Shown: in pieces, positions 29,641-37,393 of the stretch
Layout: each line of letters begins with the position of its first letter
Position numbering within the stretch: the first letter of the stretch is position 1
IMG/VR virus record: IMGVR_UViG_3300005841_000939
Length of the DNA stretch: 64,000 bases
Source of the DNA: a virus
Taxonomy: Duplodnaviria > Caudoviricetes
Reading direction: 5' to 3' (one strand)
Notes under the pieces: generated by a model
The model's database searches: none
Seen by the model: only the letters and a program-made list of their open reading frames with translations
Told to the model about the DNA's origin: nothing
Program-made: the position numbers and the translations under genes

Positions 29641-30450
29641 TCAATCGTTTTTCAAATTATACTTACGGAGCAGCTTATGACCAATCTGTTCCTTCTTATA
29701 TCCATATGCAAATGGACTACCATAAACACGGATACGATCCTGTCTAGCATCTGATCTAATAACACTTCTGTTAAATTCACGAATTTTCCAGTCAATGTTA
29801 GAAATACGTGAAAAATCCAGAAGAACATCACCATATTCAAAATCATACATACGATGACGAATATGAATCATGTACCAAATGCCCTTAATTTTGTGCAATT
29901 GGTGTTCATCATCAATCTCTACACGTTCATAGCTTGATTTGGAAACTACTCTTTTTTCAGGCGCATCAAGCATCGCCATCAATTCATTAGTTTCGGGATG
30001 AACCCACGCCAAATAACTATATCTGGACTTATAAATTGGTGAAAAGCCAGCGGCCCTATATTCTGCCACTTGATGAGGAATATTATCAATCATCACAACA
30101 TTCAATGCAACGTATTGCAATGCGTGTTCACGAACATGATTCTGCACTACAGAATTGCTATTGTTCTTCTCACAAATTTCAGCAAAAACATTATCCCACT
30201 TCTTACCAATTTTGCTTTTGATAAATCTTTTCAGAGGAGAAAGATGATCAGAAAGCGTACGCTTATTATAACCAAATTTACGGGTATTGCTTTGATAATG
30301 AGGAAGATCATCAACATCATCCCCATCCTCAAATTCTGATTTCCATTTGGAACGCAAACGACTTTCATAATATGCGGCTGATTTCTCTCCGCATTCATAG
30401 CATCCACGCCTAGAACTCTCAACAATCACTTTGTCCATATCATCGCGCAT
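29641..30450 (-). CDS. hypothetical protein
   Basis: 269-aa ORF. Confidence 0.65.
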   Translation of the reverse strand: MRDDMDKVIVESSRRGCYECGEKSAAYYESRLRSKWKSEFEDGDDVDDLPHYQSNTRKFGYNKRTLSDHLSPLKRFIKSKIGKKWDNVFAEICEKNNSNSVVQNHVREHALQYVALNVVMIDNIPHQVAEYRAAGFSPIYKSRYSYLAWVHPETNELMAMLDAPEKRVVSKSSYERVEIDDEHQLHKIKGIWYMIHIRHRMYDFEYGDVLLDFSRISNIDWKIREFNRSVIRSDARQDRIRVYGSPFAYGYKKEQIGHKLLRKYNLKND

Positions 30451-30505
30451 AATATAATCTCTTTGTTAAGGTTAATTGTATCCTGAGCGATGATATGTCA
30501 AGCGT

Positions 30506-31285
30506 TTACTTGCTATATCTGCCCTTGTTGTCTCTTGGTTGATTTGCCCAATGTGGCAATGAACCTTGGACGTTCACTTGTACTTGAACTGATGCAGGAG
30601 TTGGTGTAGGAGCTGACAATGATTTTTGTACAGGTGCTGCAAGAGAATTGTTATATTCTGTTACATCTTGATCAGTGAATGCAGCCTTACTACCAAATGA
30701 ACGTGAACGGGTAACACTCTTACCTAATGTATCAATGGCACTCTTTGTACCCGCAGATGATCCTGCGTAAGTCATTGATGAACCCTTAGCAATACCAATT
30801 CGTTGAGCACTCAAAATTGCATCTTGATTAGCACCCAAAAATACAAATTCCCAATTATAAACTTCTTCTTGATGTCTGATCTTTTCAGCAATCGTCTTTG
30901 CTGTAGCCGTTCTACTCATATTTTCTTCACCGTCAGTCAAGATGGCAACGATAACCTTTGATGGACGATCCCATTCATTCATTTGTGATAGCTTTCTACC
31001 AATGGAATCAATTGTTTCATTGATGGCATCATACAAAGCAGTATTTCCATTTGGATAATAATGCTTTTGATATTCTAATGTTGGAATAGTGTTGATATTT
31101 ACGAAATCAAATAATGATCTAACGGAGTCACTAAATTTATTAAGAGTGAAGCTGACTTCACCTTGCAAATTCTTTTGTTCAGTGATGAATTGGTTTAATC
31201 CACCAACAGTGTCTGATGCAACGCGCCCCATTGATGAACTTTCATCTAGAACTATTGCGATTGCTGCGTAATTTTGTTTTGTCAT
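30506..31285 (-). CDS. vWA-domain protein
   Basis: VLDESSSM (MIDAS), TALYDAI, ILTDGEEN, FVFLGAN. Confidence 0.8.
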   Translation of the reverse strand: MTKQNYAAIAIVLDESSSMGRVASDTVGGLNQFITEQKNLQGEVSFTLNKFSDSVRSLFDFVNINTIPTLEYQKHYYPNGNTALYDAINETIDSIGRKLSQMNEWDRPSKVIVAILTDGEENMSRTATAKTIAEKIRHQEEVYNWEFVFLGANQDAILSAQRIGIAKGSSMTYAGSSAGTKSAIDTLGKSVTRSRSFGSKAAFTDQDVTEYNNSLAAPVQKSLSAPTPTPASVQVQVNVQGSLPHWANQPRDNKGRYSK

Positions 31286-32163
31286 TTTATTTTCTCTAGT
31301 TTGTGTCCAAATCTATTAGCAAGTTTTTCAAGGTTTAAAACTTCTTGAGCAATGATTGGAACTGGTTTATTGGACTCAATTTTATTTTGTTTTCCTTGAG
31401 TTGCAACTGGTTTTTTAATTGAAACTTTCTTTAAATTAGTACTAACAGCATTAAAATTTTTATTTTTAAAGGTTTCAATCATTTTTAGTAAAGTCTTAGA
31501 ACATCTATCAATCACGTTTTGATCATGGATTGCCAACTCATTAACATAAATTACTTCAATTCCAGATACTTTAGAAAAACTGATGTTAACGTTATTTTTT
31601 TTCTTACGGAATGTCTTTTCAAGAACAAACTCATGCATAGGTTTTCCGTCTCGGAACATATCCAAATAATATCCAGCAACCATAGCAACCAAGAAATCCT
31701 GAGTATATAGTGGGAAAACAATATATGGATTGTCGCGAATATATTGTTCGCGTTTATCAGCATCCATTCCATTTAACATACAATCTCCAAATTTTTCAGA
31801 AATATTTTTATTGTCTAACGTATTAGTTTTAATTTCACCAAAAATTGGTTTATTATCATTTATTTCAATAATGCAATCATAGTTTGTTTCATATTCGTCA
31901 GGATACATCTTAGTTGCCCCTAGAATATCTGCCAAAACAAATGCTGTATGTGTTTCCTTTACACCAGCTTGTGAATTATTTCTAAGAAGAAGTTTTGCAG
32001 AATAATACTCTGTCAGCCCGTTAATACCAGATTCTTTGACGTAATGGTCATATTCTTTTTTATTCTTAGACATATTCGCAAAGTACAACGACTTAGCCAA
32101 CTTAATCCTTGAATTTTCAAAGTCATTGAACTGAATTTTATTATATTTTTTCTTTTTATTCAT
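31282..32163 (-). CDS. possible PD-(D/E)XK endonuclease
   Basis: NYDCIIE...IFGEIKT spacing; weak. Confidence 0.35.
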   Translation of the reverse strand: MNKKKKYNKIQFNDFENSRIKLAKSLYFANMSKNKKEYDHYVKESGINGLTEYYSAKLLLRNNSQAGVKETHTAFVLADILGATKMYPDEYETNYDCIIEINDNKPIFGEIKTNTLDNKNISEKFGDCMLNGMDADKREQYIRDNPYIVFPLYTQDFLVAMVAGYYLDMFRDGKPMHEFVLEKTFRKKKNNVNISFSKVSGIEVIYVNELAIHDQNVIDRCSKTLLKMIETFKNKNFNAVSTNLKKVSIKKPVATQGKQNKIESNKPVPIIAQEVLNLEKLANRFGHKLEKIK

Positions 32164-32218
32164 ATTTAAAGAATATTATACGCCTTTCATATTAGGCCGC
32201 AAAATGTTTATATAGGTG

Positions 32219-32250
32219 AAAAAACCCATATACATTTCTGCATATGGGTT
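32219..32250 (-). terminator. terminator closing the large tRNA/ncRNA array
   Basis: AACCCATAT/TATATGGGTT stem followed by a U run. Confidence 0.7.
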
Positions 32251-32260
32251 ATCCACTTTA

Positions 32261-32336
32261 TGGTGCTGACAGAGGGAATTGAACCCCCAACCTATTGTTT
32301 ACAAAACAATTGCTCTGCCAATTGAGCTATGTCAGC
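32261..32336 (-). tRNA. tRNA-Thr(TGT)
   Basis: ATTGT-TTTGTAA-ACAAT arm, encoded CCA. Confidence 0.9.
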
Positions 32337-32372
32337 ATAAAAACATTATAAACGGTAGAATCAAAAAACAAG

Positions 32373-32448
32373 TGGTCAGGGTAACGAGAATTGAACTCGT
32401 GTTTCATCCGTGACAGGGATGCGTAATAAGCCACTATACCATACCCCG
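32373..32448 (-). tRNA. tRNA-Asp(GTC)
   Basis: CATCC-CTGTCAC-GGATG arm, encoded CCA. Confidence 0.88.
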
Positions 32449-32453
32449 AAAAT

Positions 32454-32528
32454 TGGCCGCTTCCGTGGGATTCGGACCCACATGACAAGGTTCGTAGCCT
32501 TGTATCCTTCCAGTTAGATGAAGAAGCG
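32454..32528 (-). tRNA. tRNA-Arg(ACG)
   Basis: CAAGG-CTACGAA-CCTTG arm, encoded CCA. Confidence 0.85.
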
Positions 32529-32543
32529 AAACATAAAACAAAT

Positions 32544-32618
32544 TGGCGTCCCATAAAGGATTTGAACCTTTTCTCTCAGTTTAGAAGACTGATTTGCTTC
32601 CAATTACAACAACGGGAC
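32544..32618 (-). tRNA. tRNA-Arg(TCT)
   Basis: TCAGT-CTTCTAA-ACTGA arm, encoded CCA. Confidence 0.87.
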
Positions 32619-32626
32619 AAGAAAAA

Positions 32627-33048
32627 ACATATGGTGTGCTATGCTGGGCCAAAGTCTATTGAGGTATATTCTTGAGAAGTCGGGCATACAACCTTTTGCT
32701 TATCAATTGCAACGCCCTCAAACCCACCGTTCCGTAAGATACTTGATGGGCAATTCTCATGTCGTCTGTTATATCAACTTACACAAGCTTTATTGGGTCG
32801 GAAATCATGCATTGCTGCAATCAAAAACCCCTTGCTCCCTGTAACTGCTTGCGCAATTTATGGGTTCTTTCGATGTAAGCCAATATCGTCAACTCTATCC
32901 TAGGGTTATAAGTCTGGACTGTTGCTATGCACTCCCTGATTGCTATTCAGTTCGCTGTGCTGCCAGAAACTCTTGAACCGTTTGCGCGACAGTTCTTCCC
33001 TTCGACACTCCTTAGATGATGCCTTGTTAAAGGCCACATCCCATATGC
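32627..33048 (-). ncRNA. large structured ncRNA (~420 nt), GOLLD/ROOL-class-like, family not verified
   Basis: terminal helix GCATATGG/CCATATGT, GCAA-tetraloop hairpins, further helices, no credible ORF on the array strand, flanked by tRNAs. Confidence 0.62.
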
Positions 33049-33052
33049 AAAT

Positions 33053-33127
33053 TGGTTCCCCGTCTGAGAATTGAACTCAGGTCTCCAGCGTCACAAGCCG
33101 ATATACTGCCATTGTACGAACGAGGGA
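33053..33127 (-). tRNA. tRNA-His(GTG), atypical acceptor stem
   Basis: TCGGC-TTGTGAC-GCTGG arm; A73, no G-1. Confidence 0.75.
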
Positions 33128-33207
33128 ATAACAAAACCGATTTTTTCCATAGCTCGGTAAACACTATGTTCCTTAGACGAGAACACGTTCATAGAAATTT
33201 CAAATAT

Positions 33208-33282
33208 TGGTTCCCCATCCGAGAATCGAACTCGGGTCTCCGGTGCCACAAACCAGCGTACTAACCACTGTACGAATGAGAG
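33208..33282 (-). tRNA. tRNA-His(GTG) second copy, atypical acceptor stem
   Basis: CTGGT-TTGTGGC-ACCGG arm; A73, no G-1. Confidence 0.75.
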
Positions 33283-33283
33283 A

Positions 33284-33595
33284 ATGAGAAAGACATTTTA
33301 TAATATTGCAATGCTTCGTTTAAAAACATTACGTGATGGACATACTTGTGTATTTTGTGGCCTAACATCTAAGCTAGGTAACAAGTCATGCCGAAATCTC
33401 ATAGAGATTCATCATATTATTGAACGTCAAGATGGCGGATCTAACGAAAGTTCAAATTTAATTCCATGCTGTTCCAATCACCATTCGCTTATCCATTCAG
33501 GAAGCATCAACGTTGATCGTTGGTACAAATCCACAAAAGGATGGCTATTGCGATGGACAGATGAAACTGGTGTTGAACACTATTCACCAGAATAA
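33284..33595 (+). CDS. HNH endonuclease, antisense to the array
   Basis: CVFCG...IEIHHII...GGSN..SNLIPCCSNHHSLIH. Confidence 0.82.
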   Translation: MRKTFYNIAMLRLKTLRDGHTCVFCGLTSKLGNKSCRNLIEIHHIIERQDGGSNESSNLIPCCSNHHSLIHSGSINVDRWYKSTKGWLLRWTDETGVEHYSPE

Positions 33596-33599
33596 AAAA

Positions 33600-33945
33600 T
33601 TGTTTGAATGGTGTGTTATTACACCAAAGAACCGGTTTTCTTTACTCTTAATCAAACACGAATTATAAAAAGACACATTGAAAAAGTAATGTATTGTCTC
33701 TTTATAAAAGGAGAATAACTCCAAAGTTTCGTTCTTAAACATGTAGCTGACTCCGGTCAAAGAGTAGGATTATGAATCCTTGCGCGGTTTGTTCAGAAGA
33801 GGTTGCTAGCTAATCCCTTCGTCGTCATACTTTATTTACCTTTTTTATCAGGACCATATGACAATCATCGGGCAAGCACCTTGCTATTCAGCGAATTCAC
33901 TCTTTAAAAGATGGCTACTTCTAAGCCGACTTCCCATTCAAACAA
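33600..33945 (-). ncRNA. 23S rRNA GTPase-associated-centre (H42-H44) mimic RNA with a large insert
   Basis: 12-bp terminal inverted repeat; GGAAGTCGGCTTAGAAGTAGCCATCTTTTAAAGAG at the 5' end and TTCTTTGGTGTAATAACACAC at the 3' end. Confidence 0.72.
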
Positions 33946-33951
33946 AAAGAA

Positions 33952-34108
33952 TTTCACGACAAAAGTGCCAAAGTAGACTCCTTGCGGATTAGCTGTGTCT
34001 ATCATTTCCACCATACTCCCAATTGGTGGGAGCACCGGGATTTAAACCACGGATGTACCTAAGTACGGCTACGGTTATATAATGTAAACTTTAACTGCAT
34101 TCGTGAAA
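33952..34108 (-). ncRNA. Y RNA-like (YrlA-type) with permuted class II tRNA module
   Basis: TTTCACGA/TCGTGAAA stem, GAATGC, TACAT; variable arm, T arm, closed acceptor TGCTCCC-ACCAATT-GGGAGTA, D arm. Confidence 0.75.
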
Positions 34109-34110
34109 AG

Positions 34111-34185
34111 TGGTGCGTCGTCTTGGAATCGAACCAAGTCCCGAGGATTAAAAGTCCCCTGCTCCACCATTTGAGCTTACAACGC
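34111..34185 (-). tRNA. tRNA-Lys(TTT)
   Basis: GGGGA-CTTTTAA-TCCTC arm, encoded CCA. Confidence 0.9.
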
Positions 34186-34189
34186 GTGT

Positions 34190-34501
34190 TTATTTCTTTG
34201 GTAAATTGCCAGTTATGAAAAATTTAAGACGTTGAAAAAAGCCCATATGAACTATTTCTTCATATGACATCAACATACTTTCCATACATGAATCTTTTAA
34301 CTTATTACTTTCTTCAATCTTTTTATTTTCTTCAATCAGTCTTTTATTTTCGGATTGAAGTGAAACATAATGCTTTTGTTGATATTCGATCAAACCAGCA
34401 TGAAATGCAGTTCCGCCAACCAAAATAAATTCACGAAGTGGAATTGATTGAGGCATTGAGTCTTGCATCTGTTGCGCAGCTTTTTCTAAATCTTTAGTCA
34501 T
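34190..34501 (-). CDS. hypothetical protein
   Basis: 103-aa ORF inside the array. Confidence 0.5.
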   Translation of the reverse strand: MTKDLEKAAQQMQDSMPQSIPLREFILVGGTAFHAGLIEYQQKHYVSLQSENKRLIEENKKIEESNKLKDSCMESMLMSYEEIVHMGFFQRLKFFITGNLPKK

Positions 34502-34669
34502 TTTATTTCTTTGTGATTGGTTTTAACGGACTTTGATCCATACCCTGGACCAAACTTTTCTATCTGCTTCTTATACCACAATGCATGTGATCTAAGCCTT
34601 AAGAAATCGCCAGGTCCACTTCCTTTTGGTATCGGAATTTTTCTGAACATGGCATCTCCTTTCTTAATT

Positions 34670-34744
34670 TGGTGGGTCGTCACGGAATCGAACCGTGTTC
34701 TCAGGATTAAGAGTCCTATGCATCGCCATTTATGCTTACAACCC
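34670..34744 (-). tRNA. tRNA-Lys(CTT)
   Basis: TAGGA-CTCTTAA-TCCTG arm, encoded CCA. Confidence 0.9.
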
Positions 34745-34748
34745 AAAT

Positions 34749-35036
34749 TTATATTAAAGATAGTGTTGATTCATCAAATAGGAATTCTTTTTTGACTTGT
34801 TCAATTGGAACTTTTATGACTTGTTCGTGAAATTGCCTAGTTTCTTTATAAGACGATTTTGAATGCTTATATACATGACGAATTAGCACCGTCTTTTCAG
34901 TGACCTTCGCAATTTTACCAAACATGAATGATCTATATTCCAATTCTACAAATAAAACCCAATCACCTGCAGCTAATTCATTGCCAAGAAAATCTTTGTT
35001 CATGGCGAAAGTATATGCAACCAATTTCGTTGTCAA
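34749..35036 (-). CDS. hypothetical protein
   Basis: 95-aa ORF; start uncertain. Confidence 0.5.
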   Translation of the reverse strand: MTTKLVAYTFAMNKDFLGNELAAGDWVLFVELEYRSFMFGKIAKVTEKTVLIRHVYKHSKSSYKETRQFHEQVIKVPIEQVKKEFLFDESTLSLI

Positions 35037-35420
35037 TTCTAAAAGGATACCTGGTTAAGCAGCAGGGTGAGGTTACGATTCTGTCGTCACAGACCGATTA
35101 AATATTCTTCACTCATCACAAACGCCAAACAGTCATCATCCATTCCATTATCAATTATGACTGGACCTGTTGCTTCTGCACCATACATTTTGATGGCATT
35201 TTCCATGGAATCTTCACACAGTTTTTTGAATTCTGGATATTCCATGATGATCACTTTATAATTCTAAGAGGATAAAATTTTGTTTCATCCTTCTTTTTAT
35301 TCTTTGGATTCTTACTACGTTTTTGTTCAGATTCATGCAAAAGTTTTGCATAAATTTTCTGAAACTCTTCTAACGTGATTCCTATATCGTCATCTTCTTT
35401 CATGATGAGTCTTTCTAAAA

Positions 35421-35496
35421 TGGTGGAGACGGCAGGACTCGAACCTGTAACCCTCTACGTGCAAGGCAGATGCTCTACCAATTGAGCTACGTCCCC
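35421..35496 (-). tRNA. tRNA-Ala(TGC)
   Basis: GGGGACG acceptor with G3-U70, CTTGCAC loop, encoded CCA. Confidence 0.92.
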
Positions 35497-35595
35497 ATTT
35501 TGTTTATTGATATTTAGCTTTCGCTATTTTCTTCTTCCATGATGGCCAGGAATTAAACTTTTTCTTAGCCTCTTTTAAAATTTGTGCAGATGATT

Positions 35596-36039
35596 TCATA
35601 TTTTATTGGCGAATGTATAAAACATTCCAGTCTTTGTGTCAATGAATTTATATTCCTCAACTTTATATTCAAAAACTAATGAAAATATTCCGTCTGTATC
35701 ATTTAAATCATGATCTAACTTAGTTCCATGATAGAGACCTGCCAGATAAATTTTAGTAAATTCAAGTTTCAATATTACATCACCATTTTTTGCTATTTGT
35801 GATGTAACAATTTTTTCTGGTTGTTTAAACATCAATTCAAGTGTTTTTGGATTTTTATCATCAACTAACATTTTTATTTTTAATGTATCTTTATTAGTGA
35901 AGTCAACCGTTCTCACAAGTGTTGTTAGTTCGTTCTTTGGAACTAGTTCTACGCCATTAGCATCAAAGGCTTCTACTAAAAATAGATATGATCTTAATGG
36001 ATCATTAAAAAGAAATTCTGGTTTTGGAATATTATTCAT
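35596..36039 (-). CDS. hypothetical protein
   Basis: start placed at MNNIPKPEF (36039); the longer ORF-track version runs through tRNA genes. Confidence 0.55.
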   Translation of the reverse strand: MNNIPKPEFLFNDPLRSYLFLVEAFDANGVELVPKNELTTLVRTVDFTNKDTLKIKMLVDDKNPKTLELMFKQPEKIVTSQIAKNGDVILKLEFTKIYLAGLYHGTKLDHDLNDTDGIFSLVFEYKVEEYKFIDTKTGMFYTFANKI

Positions 36040-36080
36040 ACAAGTAATTATACAAAATATATTACAATATGCGAGAAAAA

Positions 36081-36156
36081 TGGTTGGGGAGGAAGGATTC
36101 GAACCTTCAACTTCTGGATTCAAAGTCCAGCGTTCTACCGATTGAACTACTCCCCA
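36081..36156 (-). tRNA. tRNA-Gln(TTG)
   Basis: CTGGA-CTTTGAA-TCCAG arm, U1-A72, encoded CCA. Confidence 0.92.
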
Positions 36157-36165
36157 ATGAAAATT

Positions 36166-36247
36166 TGGTGTGCCTGAGAGGACTTGAACCTCCACCCTTT
36201 CGGACTAGTTTCTAAAACTAGCGCGGCTGCCATTACGCCACAAGCAC
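36166..36247 (-). tRNA. tRNA-Leu(TAG)
   Basis: CTAGT-TTTAGAA-ACTAG arm, long variable arm, encoded CCA. Confidence 0.92.
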
Positions 36248-36262
36248 ATGATGAAATTGAAA

Positions 36263-36349
36263 TGGTGTGTCCAAAAGGAGTCGAACCTTCACCCCTGTTA
36301 CGGGATTAGCACCTCAAGCTAACGCGGCTGCCAATTACGCCATAGACAC
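36263..36349 (-). tRNA. tRNA-Leu(GAG)
   Basis: TTAGC-TTGAGGT-GCTAA arm, long variable arm, encoded CCA. Confidence 0.92.
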
Positions 36350-36356
36350 ATAAAAA

Positions 36357-36417
36357 TCAAGACTAATATTTGAGAAGTTTTGTTGTTTCATAATGTAAAC
36401 TTCTGCGGCATTCTTGA
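36357..36417 (-). ncRNA. Y RNA-like family, short copy
   Basis: TCAAGA/TCTTGA stem, GAATGC, GAAGTTT/AAACTTC stem, TACAT. Confidence 0.6.
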
Positions 36418-36427
36418 AAAAATAAAA

Positions 36428-36522
36428 TGGCGCCCCAGGATGGATTTGAACCACCAACCTCTTCTTGATCCCCCAAGGGATGGCCTTGATCAAGAATCAC
36501 TCTACATTTGAGCTACCGGGGC
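36428..36522 (-). ncRNA. tRNA-like RNA with an extended, non-canonical anticodon arm
   Basis: normal acceptor, D and T arms and CCA; 9-bp TTCTTGATC/GATCAAGAA stem enclosing 17 nt. Confidence 0.65.
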
Positions 36523-36532
36523 ATATAAAAAA

Positions 36533-36607
36533 TGGCACCCAAGATAGGACTCGAACCTATAACATCCTGATTAACAGTCAGGCTCTCTACCATTGAGATA
36601 CTCGGGT
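36533..36607 (-). tRNA. tRNA-Asn(GTT)
   Basis: CCTGA-CTGTTAA-TCAGG arm, G73, encoded CCA. Confidence 0.9.
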
Positions 36608-36617
36608 ACAAAAAAAA

Positions 36618-36708
36618 TGGCTGGTAGTGAGGGACTCGAACCCCCATGATGTTTTTCACATCGGCTCGTTAACAGCGGGCTGCCTTACCAAATTCGGCAC
36701 AACTACCA
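36618..36708 (-). tRNA. tRNA with Asn anticodon (GTT) and a class II long variable arm
   Basis: loop CTGTTAA; variable hairpin GATGT-GAAAA-ACATC; G73; encoded CCA. Confidence 0.75.
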
Positions 36709-36720
36709 ATGAAAATAAAA

Positions 36721-36806
36721 TGGAGTCTGTAGCAGGATTTGAACCTGCGTGTGGTTTCCCAAACGGTTTTGCAAACCGTCGCTTTCAGCCGCTCAGCCAT
36801 ACAGAC
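36721..36806 (-). tRNA. tRNA-Cys(GCA) with a long variable arm
   Basis: ACGGT-TTGCAAA-ACCGT arm, U73, variable hairpin TGG-GAAA-CCA. Confidence 0.85.
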
Positions 36807-36812
36807 ATATAA

Positions 36813-36891
36813 TCGCAACAAAATTTAAAAAGTTTTGGTTTTTCCAGAGCAAGCTCGGGTATATTAGATGTAAACTTTTCAGCATTTGCGA
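36813..36891 (-). ncRNA. Y RNA-like family, short copy
   Basis: TCGCAA/TTGCGA stem, AAATGC, AAAAGTTT/AAACTTTT stem, TACAT, one internal hairpin. Confidence 0.6.
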
Positions 36892-36902
36892 AATAAAAAG
36901 AA

Positions 36903-37037
36903 TAAAGCGACAAAAAGTATGAAGTGGTTTTTCGTGTGTTAGCCGTTACACCACCACCCGTTATGGTCGGGCAGCCAGGAATCGAACCTAGATCACGTTC
37001 TCCGAATGAATGTACACCTCAAAAGGCATTCGCTTTA
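36903..37037 (-). ncRNA. Y RNA-like (YrlA-type) with permuted tRNA module
   Basis: TAAAGCGA/TCGCTTTA stem, GAATGC, TACAT; T arm CTAGGTTCGATTCCTGG, closed acceptor CTGCCCG-ACCATAA-CGGGTGG, D arm. Confidence 0.8.
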
Positions 37038-37039
37038 AA

Positions 37040-37116
37040 TGGTGGTCCCTCAGGGAATCGAACCCTAACCTCAGGTTTTTCAAACCTACGTGCATACCTA
37101 ATTACACCAAAGGACC
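37040..37116 (-). tRNA. tRNA-Phe(GAA)
   Basis: TAGGT-TTGAAAA-ACCTG arm, encoded CCA. Confidence 0.9.
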
Positions 37117-37133
37117 ATAATATCTTAAAAAAT

Positions 37134-37223
37134 TGGCGGATAGAGAGGGATTTGAACCCCCGGAACGTTTTCACGCTCATCGGTTTAGTAAACCGGCGCA
37201 TTCGGCCACTCTGCCATCTATCC
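37134..37223 (-). tRNA. tRNA-Ser(ACT), rare A34 anticodon
   Basis: Ser-type body nearly identical to 40811-40900; loop TTACTAA. Confidence 0.8.
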
Positions 37224-37232
37224 GTATGAAAC

Positions 37233-37306
37233 TGGTCGGTAATGATGGAGTCGAACCATCGCATTGGCCTTATGAGAGCCACGTTCTGCCGTTAAACTAA
37301 ATACCG
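37233..37306 (-). tRNA. tRNA-Met or Ile2 (CAT)
   Basis: TGGCT-CTCATAA-GGCCA arm, encoded CCA. Confidence 0.8.
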
Positions 37307-37310
37307 ATAC

Positions 37311-37386
37311 TGGCACGCTGGGCAGGACTTGAACCTGCAACACCTGGTTTTGGAAACCAGTGCTCTGCCGATTGAGCTACCAGCGT
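37311..37386 (-). tRNA. tRNA-Trp(CCA)
   Basis: CTGGT-TTCCAAA-ACCAG arm, G73, encoded CCA. Confidence 0.92.
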
Positions 37387-37393
37387 ATGAAAC

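Noticed and set aside
32627-33048. tmRNA, RNase P RNA or group I intron
   Set aside because: No tRNA-Ala-like ends or tag ORF, no RNase P P4 motif (GAGGAAAGUCC), no group I P7 core seen.
33140-33200. Small structured element between the two His tRNAs
   Set aside because: Two short stems are possible (TTTCTATG/TATGGAAA, GTGTTC/GAACAT) but it is single-copy, AT-rich and lacks the Y-family motifs.
33600-33945. True 23S rRNA gene or contaminating fragment
   Set aside because: Similarity is limited to H43/H44, split by a non-rRNA insert and closed by its own inverted repeat. No flanking rRNA sequence.
33284-33945. IscB/HEARO-type RNA-guided nuclease (HNH plus adjacent ncRNA)
   Set aside because: The ORF is a 103-aa stand-alone HNH without RuvC or bridge helix and lies on the opposite strand from the RNA.
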